A stretch of 64,000 bases of DNA from an uncultured Actinomycetes bacterium (GTDB lineage Bacteria; Actinomycetota; Thermoleophilia; Solirubrobacterales; Solirubrobacteraceae): positions 41,409 to 105,408 of the forward strand of contig CAVYOK010000005.1 in the NCBI GenBank assembly GCA_963770165.1. Direction: 5' to 3'. A program made the position numbers and the translations under genes. A model generated the notes under the pieces. The model was given only the letters and a program-made list of their open reading frames with translations. It made no database searches and was not told the DNA's origin. The stretch's first letter is position 1, and each line of letters begins with the position of its first letter. Positions 44,078-53,396 of the stretch are shown in pieces.

Positions 44078-44098
44078 GGGCAGCCGCCCGTCGCGCGG

Positions 44099-44130
44099 CC
44101 GCGGCAGGCGGAGCCCGCGGCAGGCGGAGC
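44099..44130. repeat. perfect 16-nt tandem duplication (CCGCGGCAGGCGGAGC x2)
   Basis: Read directly: 44099-44114 is identical to 44115-44130. Confidence 0.9.
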
Positions 44131-44131
44131 T

Positions 44132-44422
44132 CTACCGATTGGTGTAGGCGCGCAGTGCCTCGCGAGCGCCTGCCGCGCGCGTCAGCGGCGTCAGGCAGGT
44201 CTGTTCTGGTCGCGGCGGCGCTGGGCGCCGACAACGGTCGACCGCGGGCGCTCTGCGATGCGGATGCGACGCGAGCGGGAACGCGCGATCGTGTCCGACC
44301 GACAGCGCGTGGTCGACGGACGCGTCGTCCTCGGTCGGGTCGGCGGATGCCTGCGGGGCGAGCATCGCCTCCGCGAGCTCGAGCAGCGCGGTCGCGGCGC
44401 GGGAAGGACGGAAAGGGAACAT
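44132..44422 (-). CDS. possible small hypothetical protein (96 aa)
   Basis: This is the sub-ORF of 44132..44791 starting at MFPFRPSRAATALLELAEAM. Codon-position GC pattern (GC3>GC1>GC2) supports this frame for about 44340-44420 but fades toward the 3' end. No SD. Confidence 0.25.
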   Translation of the reverse strand: MFPFRPSRAATALLELAEAMLAPQASADPTEDDASVDHALSVGHDRAFPLASHPHRRAPAVDRCRRPAPPRPEQTCLTPLTRAAGAREALRAYTNR

Positions 44423-44564
44423 GTGTTCGTAAGGTACCCGTGCCGGCGGATAGACACGCGCGTAGACGCCGGCATGCTGGGCCGGAGGCTGAAATCGCCC
44501 GTGGCGACGGGAGATCCGCGCAGGAACAGGCTGCAACGGATCTTGCAGCGCTAGGCTCTCGCGC

Positions 44565-44897
44565 GTGTCGCGTGAGCGCTGCAGCTGGTGCGGAGTGGCG
44601 GTGGGCCACGACGAGGGCTTCCGTGCGGCAGAGGAGGCGGGCGAGCGGCTCGCCGTCTTCTGCCGGCTCGAGCACATCGTCCCATGGGTGCTGCAAGGTC
44701 CGCACTGGGACGCGGGCGTGCTCGCGGACCATCCGCTGGTCGACCCGGAGCTCGAGCGGTGCGCCCAGTGCGGCGCGCCCGTCGACGACACGCGTGTGCT
44801 GCTCGTCCATCACCGCGGCGAGCACCGGATCGGGGACGCGTTCTGCGGCACCGATCACCTGCTCGCGTGGGCGAAGGCCGGGGGGCGCTGGCGCTAG
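44565..44897 (+). CDS. small Cys/His-rich (zinc-ribbon-like) hypothetical protein
   Basis: 110 aa, GC3-rich. CSWC..FCRLEH..CAQC..FCGTDH arrangement. Confidence 0.6.
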   Translation: MSRERCSWCGVAVGHDEGFRAAEEAGERLAVFCRLEHIVPWVLQGPHWDAGVLADHPLVDPELERCAQCGAPVDDTRVLLVHHRGEHRIGDAFCGTDHLLAWAKAGGRWR

Positions 44898-44967
44898 GCC
44901 GCGGGTGCGTCGCCGGCGCTGGTGGTGGCGCCCAGCCAGGCGAGGCGCGGAGGCGCGGAGGCGCGCG

Positions 44968-46197
44968 TTACGGCGACGACGCGTGCACGCGGGCGCTTGC
45001 GGGCTCGGGCACGGTGGCTTCGAAGTCCCCGCGGCGCAGGACCGCGATCAGGGTCCCGACCGCCGGGCCGGCGCACGCGAGCACGAGCGACCAGCCGACG
45101 CTCGCGTGCTGGATCACGAGGCCGCCGAGCGCCGCTCCGATCGCGGCGCCGCCCACGTTCGAGGTCATCGCCCACGTGGTCGCCTCGGTCGTCGTCCCCG
45201 GGGGCGTGATGCGGTCGATCATCAGATACCCGGCCGCCGCGGTGGGGGCGAGGAACAGCCCGCCGAGCAGCATCGCGACGCTCATCTGGACGATCGAGCC
45301 GGCGACGAGCAGCGGCAGCAGCAGCAGCGTGAACGCCACGTGGAGCCACAGGTACCGCGACACCACCGGGCTCGACCAGCTGCGCGCGCCGTACCACAGC
45401 CCGCCCGCGATGCTGCCGACCGCCATCGCGGCCAGCAGGACGCCGGCGAGCGCCGCCTTCTCGCCCTCCTCGATCGCGAACGCGGGCATCGCGACCTCCA
45501 ACACGCCGAACGACGTCCCCGTCGGGATCGTCGCAAGCATCAGCGTGCGCATGCCGCGCGCGCTCAGCGCCCCCGCGCGGGGCCGCGACTGGTGCTCGCT
45601 GCGCCATCTGCGCGCCAGCTCGCCGGTCGCGAAGCCGAGCGTCCCGATCAGGCTCAGCGCGGCGCCGACGAGCAGCGCGAGGCTCGGCGAGCCGAGCGCG
45701 GCCAGCACCGTCGTCAGCAGTGGGCCGGCGACGAAGAAAACCTCGGCGATGACGCTGTCGAACGAGTACGCGGTGTTGCGGGCGCTGGCGTCGGCGGCGA
45801 ACACGTCGGCCCACACGGAGCGCATGCACGCGCCGATCGGCGGCATCGCCGCGCCGCCGACGGCCGCGAGCGCGCACAGCAGCCACAGCGCCCCCTCCGA
45901 CTCGGCGACGATCACGACGCCGACGATCGAGGCCGCGTTCAGCAGCGTCGACGGGATCAACACCGCCGGCTGGCCGAAGCGGTCGACGAGGCGGCCCTGA
46001 AGCGGGGCGACGACGCTGGCGCCGATCGCCCACGCGGCGCTCGCTGCGCCCGCGTCGGCGAACGAGCCCGAGTGCTCGCGCACGAGCAGGACGATCGCCA
46101 GCCCGAAGATCCCGATCGGGATGCGCGCGAGCAGCATCATGAGCGTGAGCCGCGCCGTCCCCGGCGGCTCCAGCAGCCTGCCGTACGCGCTCAGCAC
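44968..46197 (-). CDS. MFS transporter
   Basis: 409 aa, about 12 TM helices. MFS loop motif (GRLVDRFG). Confidence 0.85.
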   Translation of the reverse strand: MLSAYGRLLEPPGTARLTLMMLLARIPIGIFGLAIVLLVREHSGSFADAGAASAAWAIGASVVAPLQGRLVDRFGQPAVLIPSTLLNAASIVGVVIVAESEGALWLLCALAAVGGAAMPPIGACMRSVWADVFAADASARNTAYSFDSVIAEVFFVAGPLLTTVLAALGSPSLALLVGAALSLIGTLGFATGELARRWRSEHQSRPRAGALSARGMRTLMLATIPTGTSFGVLEVAMPAFAIEEGEKAALAGVLLAAMAVGSIAGGLWYGARSWSSPVVSRYLWLHVAFTLLLLPLLVAGSIVQMSVAMLLGGLFLAPTAAAGYLMIDRITPPGTTTEATTWAMTSNVGGAAIGAALGGLVIQHASVGWSLVLACAGPAVGTLIAVLRRGDFEATVPEPASARVHASSP

Positions 46198-46338
46198 GCT
46201 GCGCTCGTCCCTGGCGCGAAGAAGGTTCCCGGGCGCCCCGCGCGAAAACCCCGATGCATGGCTGTTACCCTAGCTCAGCGTCCGGGCGCATCCTCCACGG
46301 CCTCGACCGGCGCACCCGCGTCACCCGATCCCTCGCTC

Positions 46339-47643
46339 ATGCAGAAGTTCGTCATCCAAGGCGGCGTGCCACTTTCCGGCACGATCGTCCCCGCCGGCAA
46401 CAAGAACGGCGCGCTCCCGATCCTCGCGTCGGCGCTGCTGACCGACGACGAGTGCGTGATCCGCAACGTGCCGCGGATCGCCGACGTCGAGGCGATGCTG
46501 GACCTGCTGCGTCAGCTCGGCGCGCGCGCCGACTGGATCGCCGAGAACGAGGTCGCGATCCGCGCTGACGGGATCGCCTCGACCGACGTCGACCGCGAGC
46601 TGTCCGAGCGCATCCGCGCCTCCTTCCTGCTCGCCGGGCCGCTGCTCGCGCGGCACGGTCGCGCGCTGATGCCGCCACCTGGGGGCGACGTGATCGGCCG
46701 CCGCCGGCTCGATCCGCATCTCGACGCGTTCAAGGCGCTCGGCGCGACCGTCGAGCACGGACGCGACATCCTCATCACCGCGCCGCGCGGGCTGGCGCCG
46801 TGCGACTTCCTGATGGACGAGCCGTCCGTGATGGCGACGGAGAACGCGCTGATGGCCGCCGCGCTCGGGCCCGGCGAGACCGTCATCCGCAACGCGGCCT
46901 CGGAGCCGCACGTGCAGGACCTCGCGCGCATGCTGGTGAAGATGGGCGCGTCGATCGACGGGATCGGTTCGAACGTGATGACGGTCCACGGCGTCGAGCA
47001 CCTCAGCGGCTGCGAGCACGCGGTTGCGCCCGACCACATCGAGATCGGCTCGTTCATGGCGCTCGCCGGCGTCACCGGCGGCGAGCTGACGATCAAGGAC
47101 GTCAACGCGCAGGACCTGCGCATGATCCGCATGGTCTTCGCGCGCCTTGGGCTGGAGAGCGAGCTGCGCGGCGAGGACCTGTTCGTCCCCGGCGGGCAGA
47201 AGCTCGTGATCCACAACGACGCCGGCGGCTACCAGCCGAAGGTCGAGGACGGTCCGTGGCCGGCCTTCCCCGCTGACCTGACCTCGATCGCGCTCGCACT
47301 GGCGACGCAGTCGGAGGGCTCGGTCATCATCCACGAGAAGATGTTCGAGAACCGCCTGTTCTTCACCGACAAGCTGCAGCTGATGGGCGCTGCGATCACC
47401 ATCTGCGACCCGCACCGCGCGCTCGTCGTCGGCCCGCGCCGACTGCGCGGCGAACGGCTCGAGTCGCCCGACATCCGCGCCGGGATGGCGATGCTGATCG
47501 CCGCGCTGTGCGCTGACGGCACGACCGAGATCGGCAACGTGCGCCAGATCGACCGCGGCTACGAGCGGATCGACGAGCGCCTGCGCGCGCTCGGAGCGCG
47601 CATCGAGCGCGTCGAGGACAGCCAGCGCGTCCACGCCCACTGA
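46339..47643 (+). CDS. murA: UDP-N-acetylglucosamine 1-carboxyvinyltransferase
   Basis: Last 434 codons of artefactual ORF 43762..47643, from ATG 46339 (MQKFVIQGGVPLSGTIVPAGNKNGALPIL). Has ..PGGDVIGRRRLDPH.. where many MurA carry the active-site Cys. ..IDRGYERIDERL.. Confidence 0.95.
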   Translation: MQKFVIQGGVPLSGTIVPAGNKNGALPILASALLTDDECVIRNVPRIADVEAMLDLLRQLGARADWIAENEVAIRADGIASTDVDRELSERIRASFLLAGPLLARHGRALMPPPGGDVIGRRRLDPHLDAFKALGATVEHGRDILITAPRGLAPCDFLMDEPSVMATENALMAAALGPGETVIRNAASEPHVQDLARMLVKMGASIDGIGSNVMTVHGVEHLSGCEHAVAPDHIEIGSFMALAGVTGGELTIKDVNAQDLRMIRMVFARLGLESELRGEDLFVPGGQKLVIHNDAGGYQPKVEDGPWPAFPADLTSIALALATQSEGSVIIHEKMFENRLFFTDKLQLMGAAITICDPHRALVVGPRRLRGERLESPDIRAGMAMLIAALCADGTTEIGNVRQIDRGYERIDERLRALGARIERVEDSQRVHAH

Positions 47644-47656
47644 GAGTCGCCCGGTC

Positions 47657-48700
47657 ATGAGCGACGCATCCGGCACGGCGCCAACGGCGGCGCCGACTCC
47701 CACCATCCACCCGATCCCGAGCGGGACGCGCGACGTGCTGCCCGACGAGCTGCGCGAGCTGCGCGCGATCACGGCGACCGCGCTCGACGTCTTCCAACAG
47801 GCCGGCTACGGCGAGGTCGCGACGCCGGCGCTCGAGTACGAGGAGACGCTCGCGCGTGGTGACGTGCGCGGAGCGCCGCCGGCGTACCGTCTGTTCGACG
47901 AGCAGGGGCGCGTGCTCGTGCTGCGCTCCGACATGACGGTCCCGATCGCGCGGCTCGTCGCGACGCGCCTCGCCGATGCCGAGCCGCCGCTGCGGCTCTG
48001 CTACCTCGCGCACGCCTACCGAGGCGTGCGTCCGCAGCGCGGGCAGCCGCGCGAGTTCCTGCAGGCCGGCATCGAGCTGGTCGGCGCGCCCGCGCCGGAG
48101 GGCACGGCGGAGGCGTTGACCGTCCTCTGCGACGTGCTCGACGCGGTCGGCTTGGAGGGCTACCGCATCGGTCTCGGCGACGTCGGCCTCTTCCAGGCGC
48201 TGCTGCGCGTCCTCGACGTGTCGGAGCCGGCACGCGAGCGGATCCTGCATGAGCTCGTGACGCGGGACTTCGTGGGACTGGAACGGGAGGTGAGGGCGCT
48301 CGACCGCGCAGAGCGCACGGCCGAGCTGCTGGCGCGCGTGCCGCAGATGCGCGGCGGACCCGAGATCCTCGACCGGCTCGATGCCATGACGGAGGAGGGC
48401 CTCGTCGGCGAGGTCGCGCGGAGCGTGACGCGGCAGCCGACCGAGGCGATGCGGGCCGTGCACGCCTTGCTCGAGCCGCGCGTCGCCGAGCGACTGATCT
48501 TCGACCTCGGGCTCGTGCGGGAGCTCGGCTACTACACGGGCGCGATCTTCGAGGTCTACGATCCCGCGCTCGGCGTGCCGATCGGCGGCGGGGGTCGCTA
48601 CGACGACCTGCTCGGGCGCTTCGGCCGGCCGCTGCCCGCCGTCGGGTGGGCGCTGACAGTCGAGCGGCTGCACATCGCCCTGATGGGGGAGGAGCGATGA
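47657..48700 (+). CDS. hisZ: ATP phosphoribosyltransferase regulatory subunit (HisRS paralog)
   Basis: 347 aa. HisRS-like catalytic core (PSGTRDVLP.., LRSDMTVPIAR, REFLQAGIELVG, GGGGRYDDL) without an anticodon-binding domain. Overlaps short hisG. Confidence 0.85.
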   Translation: MSDASGTAPTAAPTPTIHPIPSGTRDVLPDELRELRAITATALDVFQQAGYGEVATPALEYEETLARGDVRGAPPAYRLFDEQGRVLVLRSDMTVPIARLVATRLADAEPPLRLCYLAHAYRGVRPQRGQPREFLQAGIELVGAPAPEGTAEALTVLCDVLDAVGLEGYRIGLGDVGLFQALLRVLDVSEPARERILHELVTRDFVGLEREVRALDRAERTAELLARVPQMRGGPEILDRLDAMTEEGLVGEVARSVTRQPTEAMRAVHALLEPRVAERLIFDLGLVRELGYYTGAIFEVYDPALGVPIGGGGRYDDLLGRFGRPLPAVGWALTVERLHIALMGEER

Positions 48701-49320
48701 GCCTCACGATCGCGGTGCCGCGCGGGGCGCTCTTCAAGGAGACGCTCGACCTGCTCGACGCGATCGGCGTCGACACGAGCGAGGTGCGCGCCAACGACCG
48801 CAAGCTGCTGTTCCGCGAGGTCGGGATCGTGACGATGCGGCCCTCGGACGTGCCGACCTACGTGGAGGCGGGCGCGGCCGACATCGGCATCACCGGCAAG
48901 GACGTGCTGATGGAGCAGTCCGAGCGCGAGGTCTACGAGCTGCTCGACCTCGGCTACGGCGGCTGCACGATGGTGCTCGCCTCGGTCGCCGGCGACGATC
49001 CGATGGAGGAGGCGCGCCGGCGGCTCGGCATCATGCGGATCGCGACGAAGTACCCCAAGATCGCCGCGCGCCATTTCGCCGCGACCGGCCGTCAGGCCGA
49101 GATGGTCGAGGTGAAGGGCTCGGTCGAGCTGGCGCCGCTGACGGGCCTGGTCGACGGCATCGTCGACCTGACCGCCACCGGCACGACGCTGCGCGAGAAC
49201 GGGCTCGTCGTGCGTGAGGAGATCGTCGAGGTCACCGCCCGCCTGATCGCCAACCCCGTGGCGCACAAGCTGAAGGCGACCCCGATCGACGAGCTGCTGG
49301 AGCGCGTGCGTGCGGCTTGA
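48697..49320 (+). CDS. hisG: ATP phosphoribosyltransferase, short form
   Basis: ATG 48697 overlaps the hisZ stop (ATGA). 207 aa. LTIAVPRGALF..DVPTYVEAGAADIGITGKDVL..DLTATGTTLREN. No C-terminal regulatory domain. Confidence 0.92.
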   Translation: MSLTIAVPRGALFKETLDLLDAIGVDTSEVRANDRKLLFREVGIVTMRPSDVPTYVEAGAADIGITGKDVLMEQSEREVYELLDLGYGGCTMVLASVAGDDPMEEARRRLGIMRIATKYPKIAARHFAATGRQAEMVEVKGSVELAPLTGLVDGIVDLTATGTTLRENGLVVREEIVEVTARLIANPVAHKLKATPIDELLERVRAA

Positions 49321-50584
49321 GCGCCGCACGCTCGCGACGACCGACGGCGCCGCGGACCTCGCCGCGGAGCTGCGCAAGCTCGCGCCTGGCGGCGAGTCGG
49401 TCGCCGAGGTGGTCGCCGAGGTGCTCGGCCACGTATGGGTGCGCGGCGACGAGGCGGTGGTCGAGTTCACGCGCCGCTTCGACACGCGCGGCGCAGAGCC
49501 GAAGCCGTTGACGGTCTCGCAGGCGGAGCTGGCGCAGGCGCTCGCGGCGCTCGACCCGGCCGTGCGCGAGGCGCTCGAGCTCGCGGTCGCGAACGTGCGG
49601 GCCGTCGCGCAGGCGGGCGTCGACTCGGAGCACGAGGTGGCGCTGCCGCAGGGGCAGCGGATCGTCCTGCGCGAGCTGCCGGTCGCGCGCGCGGCGGTGT
49701 ACGTGCCGGGCGGCCGTGCCGCCTACCCGAGCACCGTCGTGATGGGTGTCGTCACCGCGCGCGCCGCCGGCGTCGCGCAGGTCGCGGTGTGCGCGCCGCC
49801 GGGACCGGACGGCGACGTGGACGCGACGATCCTCGCCGCGTGCGCGCTCGCCGGCGCCGACGAGGTCTACCGCGCCGGCGGCGCGCAGGCGATCGCCGCG
49901 CTCGCCTACGGGACCGAGACGGTCGAGCCGGTAGACGTGATCGTCGGGCCGGGCAGCCTCTACGTGCAGGAGGCGAAGCGGCAGGTCGCCGCCCGCGTCG
50001 GGATCGACGGCTTCGCCGGCCCGAGCGACCTGCTGGCGATCCTCGACTGGGCCGGCGGGGCGGAGCTGGCCGCGCTCGATCTGCGCGCACAGGCGGAGCA
50101 CGGCGAGGGCAGCCTCGTCGTCGCCGTCTCGCCCGAGGACTCTGTGCTCGACGCGCTCGTCGCGCAGCTCGAGGGCGCGCCGGAGGAGGCGCCGTGCGTG
50201 CTGGTGCGCACGGCCGACCTCGACGGGGCGCTCGCGTTCGCGGAGGCGTTCGCGCCGGAGCACCTGCAGCTGATCGGCCCCGGCGCCGAGGCGCTCGCGC
50301 CGCGCGTCACGCGCGCGGGCTGCCTGTTCGTCGGCGTCGGCGCGGCGACTGCGTTCGGCGACTACCTCGCGGGCTCCAACCACGTGCTGCCGACCGACGG
50401 CGCCGCCCGCTTCGCCTCCGGCCTCTCAGCGCGCACGTTCCGCCGCCGCATGGCGGAGGTGCGGATCCCGGCCGAGGCGGCCGCCGCGCTGGCGCTGCAC
50501 GGGGCCGTGATCGCCCGCGCGGAGGGCTTCGCGACGCACGCGAAGTCAATGGAGGCGCGCATTCGAGAGAATGGGTCGCGATGA
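49310..50584 (+). CDS. hisD: histidinol dehydrogenase
   Basis: 424 aa with GTG start. ..YVPGGRAAYPSTVVM..GAQAIAALAYGTE..GPGSLYVQEAKR..AEHGEGS.. Confidence 0.95.
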   Translation: MRLERRTLATTDGAADLAAELRKLAPGGESVAEVVAEVLGHVWVRGDEAVVEFTRRFDTRGAEPKPLTVSQAELAQALAALDPAVREALELAVANVRAVAQAGVDSEHEVALPQGQRIVLRELPVARAAVYVPGGRAAYPSTVVMGVVTARAAGVAQVAVCAPPGPDGDVDATILAACALAGADEVYRAGGAQAIAALAYGTETVEPVDVIVGPGSLYVQEAKRQVAARVGIDGFAGPSDLLAILDWAGGAELAALDLRAQAEHGEGSLVVAVSPEDSVLDALVAQLEGAPEEAPCVLVRTADLDGALAFAEAFAPEHLQLIGPGAEALAPRVTRAGCLFVGVGAATAFGDYLAGSNHVLPTDGAARFASGLSARTFRRRMAEVRIPAEAAAALALHGAVIARAEGFATHAKSMEARIRENGSR

Positions 50585-51174
50585 GCCGCAGCGCGCAGAT
50601 CAATCGCAGAACCGGCGAGACCGACGTGCGTCTGACGCTCGCGCTCGACGGCTCCGGCGACGGCGCGCGCGAGACCGGCGTGGGCTTCCTCGACCACATG
50701 CTCGACCTGCTCGCGCGCCACGGGCGCCTCGACCTCGAGGTCGCGGCGAGCGGCGATCTGCAGACGGGCGCGCACCACACCGTCGAGGACGTCGGCATCT
50801 GCCTCGGGCAGGCGCTCGACGAGGCGCTCGGCGACCGCGCCGGAATCTCCCGATATGGAGCCGCGACGATCCCGATGGACGAGGCGCGCGCCTCGTGCGC
50901 GATCGACGTCTCCGGACGCGCGTTCCTCGCCTGGGACGCCGACCTGCCGGCCGGCGCGATCGGCAACTTCGACCACGAGCTGGCGGAGGAGTTCTTCCGC
51001 GCGGTGTCGAGCAACGCGAGGTTGACGCTGCATCTGACGGTCGCAGCCGGGACGAACGTCCACCACATGATCGAGGCGCTCTTCAAGGCGTTCGCGCGCG
51101 CGCTGCGCGCCGCCGTCGCGCTCGATCCCACGGAGACGGGCGTGCCGAGCACGAAGGGGACGTTGACGGCATGA
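50581..51174 (+). CDS. hisB: imidazoleglycerol-phosphate dehydratase
   Basis: ATGA overlap with hisD. RRTGETDV..GFLDHMLDLLARHG..HHTVEDVGI..HHMIEALFKAFARAL. Confidence 0.95.
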   Translation: MSRSAQINRRTGETDVRLTLALDGSGDGARETGVGFLDHMLDLLARHGRLDLEVAASGDLQTGAHHTVEDVGICLGQALDEALGDRAGISRYGAATIPMDEARASCAIDVSGRAFLAWDADLPAGAIGNFDHELAEEFFRAVSSNARLTLHLTVAAGTNVHHMIEALFKAFARALRAAVALDPTETGVPSTKGTLTA

Positions 51175-51830
51175 GCGCGGCTCCGACGATCGCGATCGTC
51201 GACTACGGGATGGGCAACCGCCGCTCGGTCGAGAAGGCCTTCGCGCACGTCGGCGCGCGGCCCGTCCTGACGCGCGACCACGACGAGATCCGCGACGCGG
51301 ACGGCGTCGTCGTGCCGGGCGTCGGGGCGTTCCCGCGCGCGATGGAGCATCTGCGCGCGCTCGGGCTCGATGCGGTGATCGTGGAGCGCGCCGAGTCGGG
51401 CGTGCCGCTGCTCGGCATCTGCCTCGGCATGCAGCTGCTGTTCGAGCGCTCCGTCGAGGTCGCGCCGGCTCACGGCTTGGGGTTGCTGCGCGGGGACGTG
51501 CGGCCGCTTGCCGCCGACGACCTGCGCGTGCCGCACATCGGCTGGAACGTCGTGCGCTTCGAGCGCGCGTCGCGGCTGAACGCCGGATTGCCGGCAGAGA
51601 CGGCGTTCTACCATGTGCACTCGCTCGTGCCGCACCCGGCTGATCCGGACGACGTGCTGGGAACCGCCGAGTATGGCGAGCGCTTCGTCAGCGCGGTCGC
51701 ACGCCAGAACGTCTTCGGCGTGCAGTTCCACCCCGAGAAGTCCTCGGCGGCTGGGCTGCGCCTGCTCGCGAGCTTCAGCGCCGCCTGCGACCGCGAAAAG
51801 GCCGGTGCCGGGGTAGGAGGCGGGAAGTGA
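51171..51830 (+). CDS. hisH: imidazole glycerol phosphate synthase, glutaminase subunit
   Basis: ATGA overlap with hisB. IAIVDYGMGNRRSV..GVGAF..GICLGMQLL..VQFHPEKS. Confidence 0.95.
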   Translation: MSAAPTIAIVDYGMGNRRSVEKAFAHVGARPVLTRDHDEIRDADGVVVPGVGAFPRAMEHLRALGLDAVIVERAESGVPLLGICLGMQLLFERSVEVAPAHGLGLLRGDVRPLAADDLRVPHIGWNVVRFERASRLNAGLPAETAFYHVHSLVPHPADPDDVLGTAEYGERFVSAVARQNVFGVQFHPEKSSAAGLRLLASFSAACDREKAGAGVGGGK

Positions 51831-52612
51831 TCCTCTATCCCGCGATCGACATCCGCGACGGCAAGGCCGTGCGGCTCGCGCAGGGCGACTTCTCACAGGA
51901 GACGGTCTACGACGCCGAGCCGCTGAGCGCGGCGCGCGCGTGGGTCGAAGGCGGCGCGCGCTGGCTGCACGTGGTGGACCTCGACGGCGCGCGCGACGGC
52001 AGACCCGCGAACCTGGAGCAGCTCGAGCGGATCGCCGGCGAGCTTGGCGTGCCGGTGCAGTTCGGTGGCGGCCTGCGCTCGCTGGAGTCGATCGAGGCTG
52101 CTCTGGCCGCGGGCGCCGAGCGCGTGATCCTCAGCACGGCCGCCTACACCGACGTCGACTTCCTCGACGAGGCGATCGCCAAGCACGGCCCGCGCGTGAC
52201 GGTGTCGGTCGACGTGCGCGGCGGGCGCGTCGCGAGCGCCGGCTGGACGCACCAGACGGAGATGGAGGCGTCTGCCGTGATCGAGCACCTGCAGCGGCGC
52301 GGCGTCAAGCGGCTCGTGTACTCGTCGATCGAGCGCGACGGGATGCTGACGGGCCCGGATGTCGAAGAGGTCAAGCGGGTCGCCGAAGCGGTGCGCGGCA
52401 CGTTCATCTACTCGGGCGGGATCGGGACGCTCGAGGATCTCGGAGCGCTCGCCGACCTGCGCCAGGTCAACCTCACCGGCGTGATCGTCGGCAAGGCGCT
52501 CTACGAGCGGCGCTTCACCGTCGCCGAGGCACGCAGCGCGCTGAGAGAGGACGCCGACCGCACGCCGAAGCGCAGAAGAACGCCGCGCCGCGCCGAGCCA
52601 GCCCCAGGCTAG
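51827..52612 (+). CDS. hisA: ProFAR isomerase (HisA; could be a bifunctional PriA type)
   Basis: GTGA overlap with his[39 protein letters not shown]. Has an extra basic C-terminal tail ([10 protein letters not shown]). Confidence 0.92.
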   Translation: MILYPAIDIRDGKAVRLAQGDFSQETVYDAEPLSAARAWVEGGARWLHVVDLDGARDGRPANLEQLERIAGELGVPVQFGGGLRSLESIEAALAAGAERVILSTAAYTDVDFLDEAIAKHGPRVTVSVDVRGGRVASAGWTHQTEMEASAVIEHLQRRGVKRLVYSSIERDGMLTGPDVEEVKRVAEAVRGTFIYSGGIGTLEDLGALADLRQVNLTGVIVGKALYERRFTVAEARSALREDADRTPKRRRTPRRAEPAPG

Positions 52613-52622
52613 CCTCGGCGCC

Positions 52623-53396
52623 ATGCACACCAAGCGCGTCATCCCGTGCCTCGACGTCGACGGCGGCCGCGTCGTCAAGGGCACCGGCTTCGTCGACCTG
52701 CGCGACGCGGGCGACCCGATCGAGCTCGCGCAGCGCTACGACGCCGCCGGCGCCGACGAGCTCGTCTTCCTCGACATCACCGCCACGCACCACAAGCGCG
52801 ACACGGTCGTCGAGCTGGCGCGCCATACCGCCGACGAGGTCTTCATCCCGTTCACGATCGGCGGCGGGATCCGCACCGTCGAGGATGCGCAGGCCGTGCT
52901 CGACGCCGGCTCGGACAAGGTGTCCGTGAACTCGGCGGCCGTCGCGCGACCGGAGCTGGTCGACGAGCTGTCGGAGCAGTTCGGGAGTCAGTGCGTGGTG
53001 CTCGCGATCGACGCCAAGAAACGATCCCACCCGCCCGAGGACGGCGGCTGGGAGGTGTATGTCGCCGGTGGCCGCACGCCCACCGGGCGCGACGTCGTGG
53101 AGTGGGTGCGCGAGGGCGTGGAGCGCGGCGCGGGGGAGATCCTGCTGACGAGCATGGACCGCGACGGCACGAACGCCGGCTACGACCTCGAGCTCACGCG
53201 CGCAGTCGCCGAGGCGGTCGACGTGCCGGTGATCGCCTCGGGCGGCGCCGGCGAGCTGGACGACCTCGTCGATGCGCTCAACGCCGGCGCCGATGCCGTG
53301 CTGTGCGCGTCGATTCTGCACTACGGGCACCACACGGTGCGCGAGATCAAGGCGCACCTGGCCGCCGCCGGCGTGCCGGTGCGACCGGTCGGCTAG
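52623..53396 (+). CDS. hisF: imidazole glycerol phosphate synthase, cyclase subunit
   Basis: 257 aa. [36 protein letters not shown]. Confidence 0.96.
   Translation: MHTKRVIPCLDVDGGRVVKGTGFVDLRDAGDPIELAQRYDAAGADELVFLDITATHHKRDTVVELARHTADEVFIPFTIGGGIRTVEDAQAVLDAGSDKVSVNSAAVARPELVDELSEQFGSQCVVLAIDAKKRSHPPEDGGWEVYVAGGRTPTGRDVVEWVREGVERGAGEILLTSMDRDGTNAGYDLELTRAVAEAVDVPVIASGGAGELDDLVDALNAGADAVLCASILHYGHHTVREIKAHLAAAGVPVRPVG

Noticed and set aside
44033-44554. 173-aa plus-strand ORF after 5S rRNA
   Set aside because: Its ATG lies inside the rrn terminator stem. The product is Arg-rich low complexity, and the codon-position GC pattern does not support this frame.
46258-46338. Longer murA start at ATG 46258
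   Set aside because: It would add 27 low-complexity residues (MAVTLAQRPGASSTASTGAPASPDPSL). MurA orthologs begin at the MxKFxIxGG motif, which corresponds to ATG 46339.
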